64,000 nt of DNA from a virus (taxonomy: Duplodnaviria > Caudoviricetes). Below the pieces are notes generated by a model. It saw only the letters and a list, made by a program, of their open reading frames with translations. It was not told the origin of the DNA and did not search any database. Shown here in pieces: positions 11,214 to 20,590 of this stretch. A program made the position numbers and the translations under genes. Positions within the stretch are counted from its first letter, which is position 1. Each line of letters begins with the position of its first letter. The DNA is taken from positions 96,001 through 160,000 of the IMG/VR virus record IMGVR_UViG_3300014204_000114; one strand, written 5' to 3'.

Positions 11214-13583
11214 ATGAGTCTGTCTGATATCATCGTTAAAGAACGTTATGCTCACCCCGGAGAAGAACACTGGGAAGATGTTGCCAAAAGAGTCTCAAAA
11301 TATGTCGCGCAGGCAGAAAAAGAAGAGATGTACGAAAAAGTATGGAGAGACTTCCTTTCTATAATTTCAACTAAACAGTTTATTCCCGGAGGTAGAATCC
11401 TAGCTAATGCGGGTAGACCCAGGGGACAGTTAATGAATTGCATAGTCATTCCGTTAGATGATTCCAGAGAATCTATAGGGCAGATGATCAAAGAGTACCT
11501 TATGATATCCGGAACCGGAGGAGGAGTAGGAGTTTCATTTTCGAATCTACGCCCTAAAGGAGCTAAGATTAGGACTAATGGAGGAGTAAGTTCGGGCGCT
11601 ATAAGTTTTATGGACCTTCTAAATGCTGCAGGAGAGACAATAAAAACAGGCGGCGGAAGGCGTGCAGCAACAATGATATCCATGTCTATATATCATCCTG
11701 ATATTATAGACTTCATAGAACATAAAACGAATCTGGACAGATTAAACAACGCTAATATATCAGTTGAGATAGACAATAATTTTATACAAGCTGTCAGAAA
11801 AGACAAAACTATAGTATTAGGCTGGCCGCCGGACAGAGAATACAAAGGCAAAGAAATAAAAGCCAGGGAACTATGGAATAAAATAGTTGATAATGCATTA
11901 AGATGCGGCGAACCTGGAGTATTAAACTTAGGATTAGCAAATGATTTAAGTAATGGATATTACTTCGAGAAATACACGAGTACAAATCCTTGTCACTCGG
12001 GGTCAACATTAGTAGCTGTAGCGGACGGAAGAAATGCTGTAAGCTTTGAGCAACTAGCTTTAGAAGATAAAGATGTTCCGGTATATACTTACGAGAATGG
12101 CAAGATAGTAATTAAAACAATGCGTCATCCTAGAGTAACAGGCGAGAGTGAAGATGTTTATAAGGTTACTTTTGATAATGGTACATCCACTAAGGTAACC
12201 GGCAATCATAAGTTTATATTAAGAAATGGAGATAAGAAAGAGACGTTGCAGCTTAAGCCCGGTGATTCAATGTGCGCTACGCTTGCCGATGAACTTCTCA
12301 ACGTGTCTCCTAGAAAAGCTAGAGATTGGAAAGCTCCTCGTCGCGGTCTTATAAGAAGAGAATGTGAATGCTGCGGGAAAGAATTCAATATCCCTAATAG
12401 CAAAAGAGAAATAAGTTTTTGTTCTGATGAATGTAGTGCTAAATATATTTTATCAGAAAAAAGAAGCCATGTCCCTGAGAATATAGATTATAACTGCAAA
12501 GTGGTATCTGTTAAATACGTAGGCAAAGAGAAAGTTTATAATGGGACTGTCGATGATGTTCATACTTTAATGACTTATCACCCTCTTGATGATGGATCTT
12601 CAATGTTATTAAATAGTTGTCAATGTGGGGAGCTCCCTTTGCCAAATTATGGTGCGTGCGACTTAGGAGCTATTAATGTAGCCGAGTTTACGTCTGCTAG
12701 AGGATTCGAATGGGAGAAGTTTAAGACTGTCATCCCTGTCGCGGTTAGGTTCCTTGATAATGTCACTGACGTAAATGAATACCCATTAGAAGCCATCAAA
12801 ACTAAATGTATGGATACCAGAAGGATAGGGCTTGGTTTAATGGGCTTACACACGGCAATGCTCAAGATGGGAATCAAATACTCTTCTGATGATGGTATTG
12901 CTTTCGTAGAGAAATTATACGAGACTTTAAGAGACGTATCATATATGTCTTCGGCATTCCTCGCGAAAGAAAAGGGTTCATTCCAAAAATTTGATCGGGA
13001 CCTATATCTAAAAGGCAAGTTCGTTAAGAACCTCCCGACTCTAGTTAAAAATACGATTAGAAACTATGGGATCAGGAACTTAGCTTTAAATACAAACGCT
13101 CCAACAGGGACTACCGCATTAGTATGCGGAGTGTCCTCAGGGATAGAACCAATATTTGCCCCGGTATACGAGAGAACATTTAAATCTACAGAAGCCAAAG
13201 AAGGGTTTAAAACTGAAGTCGTGATGGACCCTATAGTAGAATCTCTACTTAAAACGTCCGGGAATCTTACGAATGTAGAGTATTTCGAAGGTGCATACGA
13301 CATAACTCCCGAAAAACATTTTGAAATTCAGGCTGCGGCACAACAGTACATAGATCAGGCTATAAGTAAAACAATAAACTTACCCGAGGACTATAAGACT
13401 GAAAATCTTAGCGAGATATGGCTTAAGTACCTCGATCAGGTAAAAGGAGTAACAATATATAGAGCTGGTTCCAGAGGAAGTGAACCCCTTAAACCCTTAC
13501 CTCTTAATACCAAGAATATTAAGAGAGTAACGAAATCTGAATCCGTGGAAGTAAAGTGTGCATCGGGGGTGTGTAATGTGTGA
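11214..13583 (+). CDS. nrdJ: class II (B12-dependent) ribonucleotide reductase with an intein
   Basis: FIPGGRILANAG, NCIV, GGGVG, GGGRRAA, TNP|intein|CGE, CDLGAIN, RRIGLG, APTGT, SSGIEP and a C-terminal CASGVC. No small-subunit gene is nearby. Confidence 0.9.
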   Translation: MSLSDIIVKERYAHPGEEHWEDVAKRVSKYVAQAEKEEMYEKVWRDFLSIISTKQFIPGGRILANAGRPRGQLMNCIVIPLDDSRESIGQMIKEYLMISGTGGGVGVSFSNLRPKGAKIRTNGGVSSGAISFMDLLNAAGETIKTGGGRRAATMISMSIYHPDIIDFIEHKTNLDRLNNANISVEIDNNFIQAVRKDKTIVLGWPPDREYKGKEIKARELWNKIVDNALRCGEPGVLNLGLANDLSNGYYFEKYTSTNPCHSGSTLVAVADGRNAVSFEQLALEDKDVPVYTYENGKIVIKTMRHPRVTGESEDVYKVTFDNGTSTKVTGNHKFILRNGDKKETLQLKPGDSMCATLADELLNVSPRKARDWKAPRRGLIRRECECCGKEFNIPNSKREISFCSDECSAKYILSEKRSHVPENIDYNCKVVSVKYVGKEKVYNGTVDDVHTLMTYHPLDDGSSMLLNSCQCGELPLPNYGACDLGAINVAEFTSARGFEWEKFKTVIPVAVRFLDNVTDVNEYPLEAIKTKCMDTRRIGLGLMGLHTAMLKMGIKYSSDDGIAFVEKLYETLRDVSYMSSAFLAKEKGSFQKFDRDLYLKGKFVKNLPTLVKNTIRNYGIRNLALNTNAPTGTTALVCGVSSGIEPIFAPVYERTFKSTEAKEGFKTEVVMDPIVESLLKTSGNLTNVEYFEGAYDITPEKHFEIQAAAQQYIDQAISKTINLPEDYKTENLSEIWLKYLDQVKGVTIYRAGSRGSEPLKPLPLNTKNIKRVTKSESVEVKCASGVCNV
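11991..12623 (+). mobile_element. 211 aa intein in NrdJ ending in Gln, with a Cys-rich insert
   Basis: Starts CHSGSTLV, block B TGNHKF, block F VYNGTVDDVH, ends NSCQ|CGE. It is inserted just before the thiyl-radical Cys. Confidence 0.85.
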
Positions 13584-13978
13584 TCACGAACTTGATATAG
13601 ATATTGAGCTTTTGCTGCAGAAACTTATTGACAGAGCCAGGAGGGATCTGGTAAACTATTCTCTCAAGTTGGTGAGACATAGAGAGTTGAAGAATATGGA
13701 TATATATAATTTTAGCACATGCTTATGCTTCCTGTTTGATGATAATTATGAAATTCAATGGGGAGATATGAGAGTTAAGATGTATGATATTCTTCAGACT
13801 TTAAGGCTTGATATGGACTATATGAGAAAGATGTGGAAAGAAGATTTGAAGATCGCATTAGAATTAGAGTATGAGAGGACATATAATAAGAAAGCTGTAG
13901 CTAATGTTGATTCGTTTCTGAAAACGCTCGAAGAAGAAAATATAACTTTTTACTGTTTGAAAGGGGATTGTAAGAAGC

Positions 13979-15079
13979 ATGTCTAAGAAAAAAGAAAAAG
14001 CACAAGAAGCGCCTAAGGTATTAGACAATAGGTCTGATGCGGAGAGAGCGTTCGATATAATTACTCAGAAGCACGGCGCTGGATCCATATTCAGAATGGG
14101 CGTATGCGAATCCCTGAATATAGAAGTTGTTTCTACTGGAGATCCATTGCTTGATTGTTTATTAGGCATATGGGGTTTGCCATACGGAAGAATAGTAGAA
14201 TTTTATGGGAAAGAACAGTCCGGGAAAACAACATTGTTATTACAAACAATAGCTAACGCCCAGAAACAAAAGAAATTGTGTGCAGTAGTCGACGCTGAGC
14301 ATGCGCTAGATATAGGTTATGCCAAGTCTTTAGGCGTAGACGTAAATAATCTTTTATTATCCCAGCCTGATAATGGCGAACAGGCTCTCACTATAGTAGA
14401 AGATTTGATCAGAGCTGGGGCTAAAGTAGTAGCTGTTGATTCTGTAGCAGCTCTAACTCCAAAAGCAGAAATCGAAGGTGAAATAGGGGACAGTCATGTT
14501 GGGCTTCAGGCGAGAATGATGTCTCAGGCTATGAGGAAGCTTACTGCTTTAGTAGATAATAGTAAAACGCTATTAATTTTTACCAATCAATTAAGATCTA
14601 CCATCATGAGTTATAGTGGACCGACTACTACCGGAGGAAACGCCCTCAAATATTATGCTTCTATAAGATTAGATATGAGAGCTTTAGGAGACGCTAGTTC
14701 TATAAAGGTAGAAGAGAAAAGAATAGGCGGAAAGTTTGCAGTAAAAGTAGTTAAGAATAAATTGTCCACTCCATTTAAAGAGGGCGAATTAACTATCATA
14801 TACGGTAAAGGCTTTTCTAAAGGTTACGATCTTATAGAATTAGGATTAATATCCAACGTTGTGGGGAAAAGCGGGAGCTGGTTTTCGTATAAAGGAGAGA
14901 GACTGGGACAAGGACAATATAACGCCTCATTATTTATAGAAAGCAACCCTGAATTATACGAAAAAATATACGCAGAAGCTAAACAAACTTTTAAATCCGA
15001 AATAATACCTAACGTGGAATTGAAAGAGGAAGAGGAAGAAATTGGAGATAGCACTAAAGAGCCTGAATCAGTCGATTAA
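13979..15079 (+). CDS. recA: recombinase RecA
   Basis: GRIVEFYGKEQSGKTT, DAEHALD, SQPDNGEQAL, VDSVAAL, ARMMSQAMRKL, GGNALKYYAS. Confidence 0.97.
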   Translation: MSKKKEKAQEAPKVLDNRSDAERAFDIITQKHGAGSIFRMGVCESLNIEVVSTGDPLLDCLLGIWGLPYGRIVEFYGKEQSGKTTLLLQTIANAQKQKKLCAVVDAEHALDIGYAKSLGVDVNNLLLSQPDNGEQALTIVEDLIRAGAKVVAVDSVAALTPKAEIEGEIGDSHVGLQARMMSQAMRKLTALVDNSKTLLIFTNQLRSTIMSYSGPTTTGGNALKYYASIRLDMRALGDASSIKVEEKRIGGKFAVKVVKNKLSTPFKEGELTIIYGKGFSKGYDLIELGLISNVVGKSGSWFSYKGERLGQGQYNASLFIESNPELYEKIYAEAKQTFKSEIIPNVELKEEEEEIGDSTKEPESVD

Positions 15080-15662
15080 ATCCTGTGAAGAATGTAAGGA
15101 CATAAGAAAATATACATTCAACTGTGTACTCTCTAAAGGAGATCCTCAAGCTCCTACAATGATTATAGGAGAAGCCCCGGGCAGAGAAGAGACTGAACAG
15201 GGGATTCCTTTTGTAGGTATGGCAGGGAAGATATTAAATGAGGCTCTGGATTTATGCGCCGAGGCCAATATACATTATAATCTCTACATTACGAATGCTG
15301 TGAAGTGTCGTCCGACAATAGAAGGAAAGAAGAACAGGCCTCCTACATGTGACGAGATAGTAAACTGTAATGTGTTTCTTATGAGAGAGATAAACATCTT
15401 AAGGCCCAGACATATAATCCTTTTAGGAGCGACGGCATATAAAGCCATTACGGATAATCCTGAGAGCTATACTCCTATAACTAAGTTGGTTAATGAGGGA
15501 TGCAGAGTGCCTCAAGAAAATATTTCAGAAAGAATCAGATGTTCATCCAAAGTATATGTAACGTATCATCCCGCCGCGACTATATATAATACAGGGACAA
15601 AAAAAGCTTTTCTAAATAGCATAGTTAGAATTTTGAGGAAGTGTGATGGAACTGTTGTTTGA
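15042..15662 (+). CDS. udg: family-4 uracil-DNA glycosylase (Fe-S)
   Basis: CEEC, IIGEAPG.EE, PFVG.AG, TNAVKCRP, NRPP, YHPAA. Confidence 0.9.
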   Translation: MEIALKSLNQSIKSCEECKDIRKYTFNCVLSKGDPQAPTMIIGEAPGREETEQGIPFVGMAGKILNEALDLCAEANIHYNLYITNAVKCRPTIEGKKNRPPTCDEIVNCNVFLMREINILRPRHIILLGATAYKAITDNPESYTPITKLVNEGCRVPQENISERIRCSSKVYVTYHPAATIYNTGTKKAFLNSIVRILRKCDGTVV

Positions 15663-16507
15663 TAGTAGTAACGATAGAGCTAAACTTGATTTTGAAAATA
15701 TGAAAAATGAAATGGCTCAATATATAAACTCTATCGATTTAGAACAAGGGAAGTGTCATGGATGGAATATCTTTGGGAGCGATGTATCTACACGATTTAT
15801 CGTGTATACTTATATTTTCGAGCGTGATTACATCGACAATACAGATTACAATGATCTATACGATATAGAAGACGATTTCATGGAAACTTGGTTCGAGATT
15901 TGCGAAGCTGAATCTTTAGCCGAGTACGGATGGGAAAGGAATAGAATGTTTTATGCGATCTTTGCGCTGCCCGAAAACTGGCAAGACATTATTAAGAAAA
16001 AATACTTCTAACGATAACTAGCTTACGAGGATGATATGACTATACCTTTAAGAGATTTATACGAAGTTAGTTTCATAGATCGTGATTATAAAGAATTATA
16101 TCTTCTTGACGTGTGGGCTCTTGACGCATACGAAGCTGCCATGAAAGCTTTGTACTGGAATGATGACGATAATAGTCTGAATATAGATGGGCACAAGAAA
16201 AAACTCGATGAGATTCATGTTGTTTTAAAAACTAAAGGTTGCGAAGAATGGACATTTTTTAAAGTTGTCCGCCATAAAAGAAAGAATCTGAATTATACTC
16301 CGATGAATAACTACTATACGATAAGAGAGATCGAACGATGAAAAACTGCCCAAAAAGAATAAGAAAGCAGAAGGAAAGAGAAGAGGGGTATTACAAATTG
16401 CCTATGGGTCCATGTATGTGGTTCTTATATCGATTCTCATATCCAGGGACATGCGTCAAAGCGGACGGATCATTGCAGTGTCCTACAAACGGTCATGTAT
16501 GTAAGGA

Positions 16508-17425
16508 TTGCCCTTGTTTATAAATTTACATCTGCATAGTCAGTACTCCGTATTCGATGGCACTATCGAAATAGATAAGCTCGCGGAGTATCTTAAAGAT
16601 AAAGCCCCGGGGTGTGCCATTACAGACCATGGGGTAATGCATGGATGCGTTAAGTTTTATAAGATATTTAAGAAAGCAGGACTGAAACCTATCCTGGGTT
16701 CAGAAATGTACATTACTTCCGTGGATAAAGGAACGCCGTATGATAAGATCCCTAATAAACAATCAGCTAAAGAAGAAAGAGGTATAGCAAAAGAGAGATA
16801 TCATATAATTCTATTAGCAAAGAACAACGAAGGCTATTCAAACTTATGTAGGATAGTTTCGGAGGGACATCTCCGCGGGTATTATTACAAACCAAGAATA
16901 GATCTGGAAGTCCTTAAGAAATATAAAGAAGGGATAGTAGTAACCTCAGCATGTATATTCGGAGAAGTCTCTAACTTACTTATTAAATCAGTAACCGAAC
17001 AAGAGGGAGAGTATTATTTAAAAGCTAAGGAAGTAACCAAGAAGTTCCTGGATATATTCGGGGACGATTATTACTTAGAAGTACAGGATAACGGAGCTAA
17101 GGAGCAATATATAGCCAATCCATTGATCTCTCAATTGGGTGAAGAATTAAGCATACCTATTGTGGCTACTTCGGATTCTCATTATCTTAAAAAAGAAGAT
17201 ATTAAGACGTTCGCATTAGGAATGAAGATGCAAACTTATGATTCCGCGAAGAAGAAATCCTCATACGAAGTAGATATGAATATGAAATTATGGGTCAAGA
17301 CAGAAGAAGATTTTATATCTGAACTGAGTATAAAAAAAGAGTACTGCGATAATACAGAGCTGGTTTTTAATAAATGTAATGTGTCTCTACCGCTAGGGAC
17401 GTTGAAGTTTCCGGAGGTTGCATGA
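16508..17425 (+). CDS. dnaE: DnaE piece 1: stand-alone PHP domain of DNA polymerase III alpha
   Basis: HLHSQYSVFDG, AITDHG, KPILGSE, HIILLAKN..GY.NL, YYKPRID, SACIFGE, ATSDSHY. It ends at the PHP-palm linker. Confidence 0.9.
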   Translation: MPLFINLHLHSQYSVFDGTIEIDKLAEYLKDKAPGCAITDHGVMHGCVKFYKIFKKAGLKPILGSEMYITSVDKGTPYDKIPNKQSAKEERGIAKERYHIILLAKNNEGYSNLCRIVSEGHLRGYYYKPRIDLEVLKKYKEGIVVTSACIFGEVSNLLIKSVTEQEGEYYLKAKEVTKKFLDIFGDDYYLEVQDNGAKEQYIANPLISQLGEELSIPIVATSDSHYLKKEDIKTFALGMKMQTYDSAKKKSSYEVDMNMKLWVKTEEDFISELSIKKEYCDNTELVFNKCNVSLPLGTLKFPEVA

Positions 17426-17910
17426 ATAAAACAATATGGACTCAGCCTGGGAATAAAACTCATATAGGCAAAATCCTTATAAAAGAGCATGAAGAAAATA
17501 ATCGTAAAGCTTATACTATGATAGTTAGAGGAAAATTACTTAAGAAGTGCTGGAGATTTCCATTTACTTATATTCATACAGGTAACTTAGTAGAACCAAT
17601 ACGTTTATACTTTCAAGTTATAGCTAAGGCTCCTAACTCTACTATGATACTAACTCAAAGTATATGTATGCCGGGAGCAGAGGATCTTAGAGAAGAGCAT
17701 AGCTTTAATGATATTATAGATGCTATTAATAAAGGTCTTATACATAAGGTATTTTTAAAAGCTACACTAAATGATCTAGCTACTAGTGCCCTTGAGGTTT
17801 CAGACCCTAATCTGCAGCAGAATAAGAACTATTATCTTCTAGAGGAACTAAAGAAGACAAGCGCTAGTCAATCCGTACTTACTTCTATCGAGGAGAGTGG
17901 GAGAATATGA
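17422..17910 (+). CDS. hypothetical protein lying between dnaE pieces
   Basis: 162 aa ORF with ATGA overlaps at both ends. Confidence 0.6.
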   Translation: MNKTIWTQPGNKTHIGKILIKEHEENNRKAYTMIVRGKLLKKCWRFPFTYIHTGNLVEPIRLYFQVIAKAPNSTMILTQSICMPGAEDLREEHSFNDIIDAINKGLIHKVFLKATLNDLATSALEVSDPNLQQNKNYYLLEELKKTSASQSVLTSIEESGRI

Positions 17911-18095
17911 GTTTTAGAGTAACAGACGAATGTATTAATTGCGGTATGTGCGAGGCTGATTGCCCCGTAGAGGCTATAACTTCTGACGGAGGGAAGTGTA
18001 GTATAGACCCAACCAAATGCGTTGAGTGTAAATATTTCTACGAAGAACCTCAGTGTGTGTCTAATTGTCCTGTAGGAGCCCACGAAAAGGTATGA
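17907..18095 (+). CDS. 2[4Fe-4S] ferredoxin (YfhL-like)
   Basis: CINCGMC...CP and CVEC(8 aa)C...CP. Confidence 0.9.
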   Translation: MSFRVTDECINCGMCEADCPVEAITSDGGKCSIDPTKCVECKYFYEEPQCVSNCPVGAHEKV

Positions 18096-18871
18096 GCGTA
18101 GAGACATTCAAAAAGAAAGTTGAAGAAGGATTTGCCAAAAAGATCTTAACCAAAGGATTCTCCCGGGAGATTAAAGATAAGTACCGTAAACAGCTTGATT
18201 ATGAGATAGAGATCATAACTAGGATGGGGTTTGCGGATTACTTTTTAATACTTCAAGACATGATCGGCTGGGCTAAAGGTGAGAATATACTTATAGGTCC
18301 TGGAAGAGGATGTTTACATCCAAGCGTATTTATCAGGACTCTCAAAGGGTTAATAAAAATCAAGAATATAAGAGTAGGAGACGAAGTATTATCTGATGAT
18401 AACAAGTATCATAAAGTATTAAAAGTATTCAGTTATGAAGTCGAAGAAGACTTAGTACAGATCAATACTTATAAGAAGATGACCGACCAGTTATTTACTA
18501 AAGATCACAAGATATTATGTATCAAAGACAAGAAAGCCAGAACTTGGATTAAAGCTAAAGATATATCCGCGGGGGACTTCCTGATAAGACCGCCAAGTAC
18601 GCTTCTAAAAGTTCGCTCTACAAGTATACTAGAGGGATATAGAGGTTTAGTCCATGATCTACAAGTAGAAAAGACTGCTAATTTCTGTACCGAAGGATTT
18701 ATAGTACATAACTCTGCTAGCGGAAGTTTAATTACATACGTATTAGGGATAACGACGATTGATCCTTTGAAATACAATTTGATTTTTGAACGTTTTCTTA
18801 ATCCAGGAAGACATTGGAGATATAAGATGGACTTCCCGGAGTTAACTTATCAGCAGTTCAAGGAGATATGA
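18092..18871 (+). CDS. dnaE: DnaE piece 2: N-terminal palm segment with a mini-intein
   Basis: [20 protein letters not shown]|intein|[26 protein letters not shown], then a stop before PDID. The likely start is ATG 18092. Confidence 0.9.
   Translation: MSVETFKKKVEEGFAKKILTKGFSREIKDKYRKQLDYEIEIITRMGFADYFLILQDMIGWAKGENILIGPGRGCLHPSVFIRTLKGLIKIKNIRVGDEVLSDDNKYHKVLKVFSYEVEEDLVQINTYKKMTDQLFTKDHKILCIKDKKARTWIKAKDISAGDFLIRPPSTLLKVRSTSILEGYRGLVHDLQVEKTANFCTEGFIVHNSASGSLITYVLGITTIDPLKYNLIFERFLNPGRHWRYKMDFPELTYQQFKEI
18311..18712 (+). mobile_element. 134 aa mini-intein without endonuclease
   Basis: CLHPSV...TKDHKI...VHDLQV...IVHN|S within the GRG-SA motif. Confidence 0.9.
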
Positions 18872-19102
18872 TGGAGACTGTTGTATACATAGGCCGCGAC
18901 GGAGAATTCGATAAGAATATAAAAAGAATAGCCGATGCTTTAGAAGAACAGAATAGAATAAATATAATGAATTTATTCTTGCGTATGCTAGAACGTACCG
19001 GATGTAATACGTATGACGTTCTTGAAGGTAGAGATAAGACTATAACTGGTCTTCTTAAAAATTTGAGTAAAATATCTGAAAAACTAAAAGAAGAATTAGA
19101 AC

Positions 19103-19131
19103 TTGACATGAGACAAGAATAAGAATATTAT
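19103..19131 (+). promoter_or_regulatory. sigma70 promoter for the tRNA cluster
   Basis: TTGACA-17-TATTAT about 40 nt upstream of the first tRNA. Confidence 0.75.
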
Positions 19132-19169
19132 AAGACATAAGGAGAAATCCTTAATTAAATATTTTTAAT

Positions 19170-19258
19170 GCCGAGATATCCAAGCTGGCTAAAGGAATCA
19201 GACTGTAGATCTGACAGGCTTTGTCCTTTCGGGGATTCAAATTCTCCTCTCGGCACCA
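19170..19258 (+). tRNA. tRNA-Tyr(GTA)
   Basis: Acceptor gccgaga/tctcggc, anticodon arm tcaga-ctGTAga-tctga, long variable arm, TTCAAAT loop, encoded ACCA. Confidence 0.9.
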
Positions 19259-19269
19259 GAAATTATTGA

Positions 19270-19345
19270 GCCTACGTATCTCAACTGATAGAGAGCCGCA
19301 CCTGTACTGCGGATGTTAGGGGTTTGAGACCTCTCGTAGGCTCCA
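19270..19345 (+). tRNA. tRNA-Thr(TGT), non-canonical
   Basis: Acceptor gcctacg/cgtaggc + TCCA, anticodon arm ccgca-ccTGTac-tgcgg. It has C33, no D-loop GG and T-loop TTTGAGA. Confidence 0.7.
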
Positions 19346-19349
19346 GTAT

Positions 19350-19422
19350 TCCCGGGTCGCTCAATTGGTAGGGCACGCGGTTACTCATCGCGAGGTTGTA
19401 GGTTCAAATCCTGCCCCGGGAG
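19350..19422 (+). tRNA. tRNA with anomalous anticodon loop (ACT), identity undetermined
   Basis: Acceptor tcccggg/cccggga + G73, canonical D and T arms, anticodon arm cgcgg-ttACTca-tcgcg, short variable loop, no encoded CCA. Confidence 0.7.
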
Positions 19423-19454
19423 CACTGCCAATTTTATCTGTAAAGGAAAAGAAG

Positions 19455-19766
19455 ATGCACACTACGATAGTAAAAATGAAAGATGGAAGAGAATTTAGAG
19501 GAGCCTTATGGACCTTTAGGCCTCTTGAAGGATGGTTCAATGTCACAGAAGAGGGTTCTCCCGAAAAAATATACTTCAAAGATTGCGAAAGCGTTATTAC
19601 TTTAGGGCAAAGGATTCATCCCGGAGTTACAGAAAATCAGGACGAAATAGAACGAGCAAAAGAAAACTTGCCTCAATTGGTACGCGACGAGCAATACGAT
19701 AAAGGGATTACAGATCCTAAGAAATTAGAAGAGAGGGCCAAAGAAATAATCAAGGAGCTGTACTAA
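19455..19766 (+). CDS. hypothetical protein
   Basis: Likely start is ATG 19455 (SD aagga). The longer ORF call overlaps the tRNA. Confidence 0.6.
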   Translation: MHTTIVKMKDGREFRGALWTFRPLEGWFNVTEEGSPEKIYFKDCESVITLGQRIHPGVTENQDEIERAKENLPQLVRDEQYDKGITDPKKLEERAKEIIKELY

Positions 19767-20064
19767 AATGCAAAACATATATTTAATAGGCAAGAGTTTT
19801 CAAGGAGTTAAGTCTATAGACGAATTTGACTATAAGATAATCAATAAGTCCGGGAGACATGCTATTAAAGGTAAGGCTAAGATAACGAAATATACCGGAG
19901 AATACGAAGAGCCCATAGAAGAAGGAATGGAATCCAACATATCTATATGGACGAAGAATAATAAGGAAGTCACAGTCACGACTTTTTACGGCGCAGAAAT
20001 AACAAAAGTTAAGGGGAATGTATTATGGTTCGACATAAGAGCTATGATACCAATACAAGAAAGA

Positions 20065-20093
20065 TTGACTTGTTAAAGTAAAGAAGTTATACT
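20065..20093 (+). promoter_or_regulatory. sigma70 promoter; predicted TSS about 20100 coincides with an ATG
   Basis: TTGACT-17-TATACT. Confidence 0.75.
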
Positions 20094-20099
20094 ACAGAT

Positions 20100-20141
20100 A
20101 TGAAGATAGAATTCAGCTAGATTCAACGTGCCCCGCCTTGA
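20100..20141 (+). CDS. putative leaderless leader peptide MKIEFS-(TAG)-IQRAPP-(TGA)
   Basis: atg aag ata gaa ttc agc TAG att caa cgt gcc ccg cct TGA. The RAPP arrest motif is reached only by amber readthrough. Confidence 0.6.
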
Positions 20142-20198
20142 TTCTCCTTGGCATGGAATTGGTTTATAGTAATGATTTGAACAATAAAATAAGGAGAA
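20142..20198 (+). promoter_or_regulatory. anti-SD/SD pair (putative translational attenuator)
   Basis: ttctcctt (20142-20149) is the exact reverse complement of aaggagaa (20191-20198), the SD for ATG 20204. Confidence 0.6.
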
Positions 20199-20203
20199 AA
20201 CAT

Positions 20204-20590
20204 ATGCATCCATATACAGAAAAGAAATTAGAACTTAAAGAAATAGCCAAGAAAATAGTAGTCCTAAAATTCCAACGTAAACCTAACAATAATACTTCAG
20301 GCAAAACACAAAGCGAAATTATTGACACTCTCTTCGACTCTAAACTCGAATACAGGATGAAGCATATTATTTACTGTTTGGCCAGAGGTCGTACGATGGA
20401 ACAGATAGAGAATAAAGTTAGCAAATCTAATAAGTTAGATAAGTATAAGTTATCACATATTGATGGGGCCTTCAAAGTTCTAAAGAAAGAAGCAGCCGAA
20501 TACGAAACTAAGTTGTTAGCAGAACGAAAAGATAAGAAAGAGAAAAGGAATGAAACTGTACGTAGTAACGAGGCGAGACTTACTGCCTAG
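20204..20590 (+). CDS. hypothetical basic helical phage protein
   Basis: SD aaggag + ATG 20204, motif EYRMKHIIYCLARGRTMEQIE, ends in TAG and overlaps the next gene. Confidence 0.7.
   Translation: MHPYTEKKLELKEIAKKIVVLKFQRKPNNNTSGKTQSEIIDTLFDSKLEYRMKHIIYCLARGRTMEQIENKVSKSNKLDKYKLSHIDGAFKVLKKEAAEYETKLLAERKDKKEKRNETVRSNEARLTA

Noticed and set aside
19365-19454. N-terminal extension of the 133 aa ORF
   Set aside because: It overlaps the tRNA at 19350-19422, and a better start with an SD exists at 19455.
20136-20170. prfB-like +1 frameshift at CCT-TGA
   Set aside because: The +1 frame closes at a TAG within about ten codons and does not join the downstream gene. The -1 frame is open but has no clear slippery heptamer.
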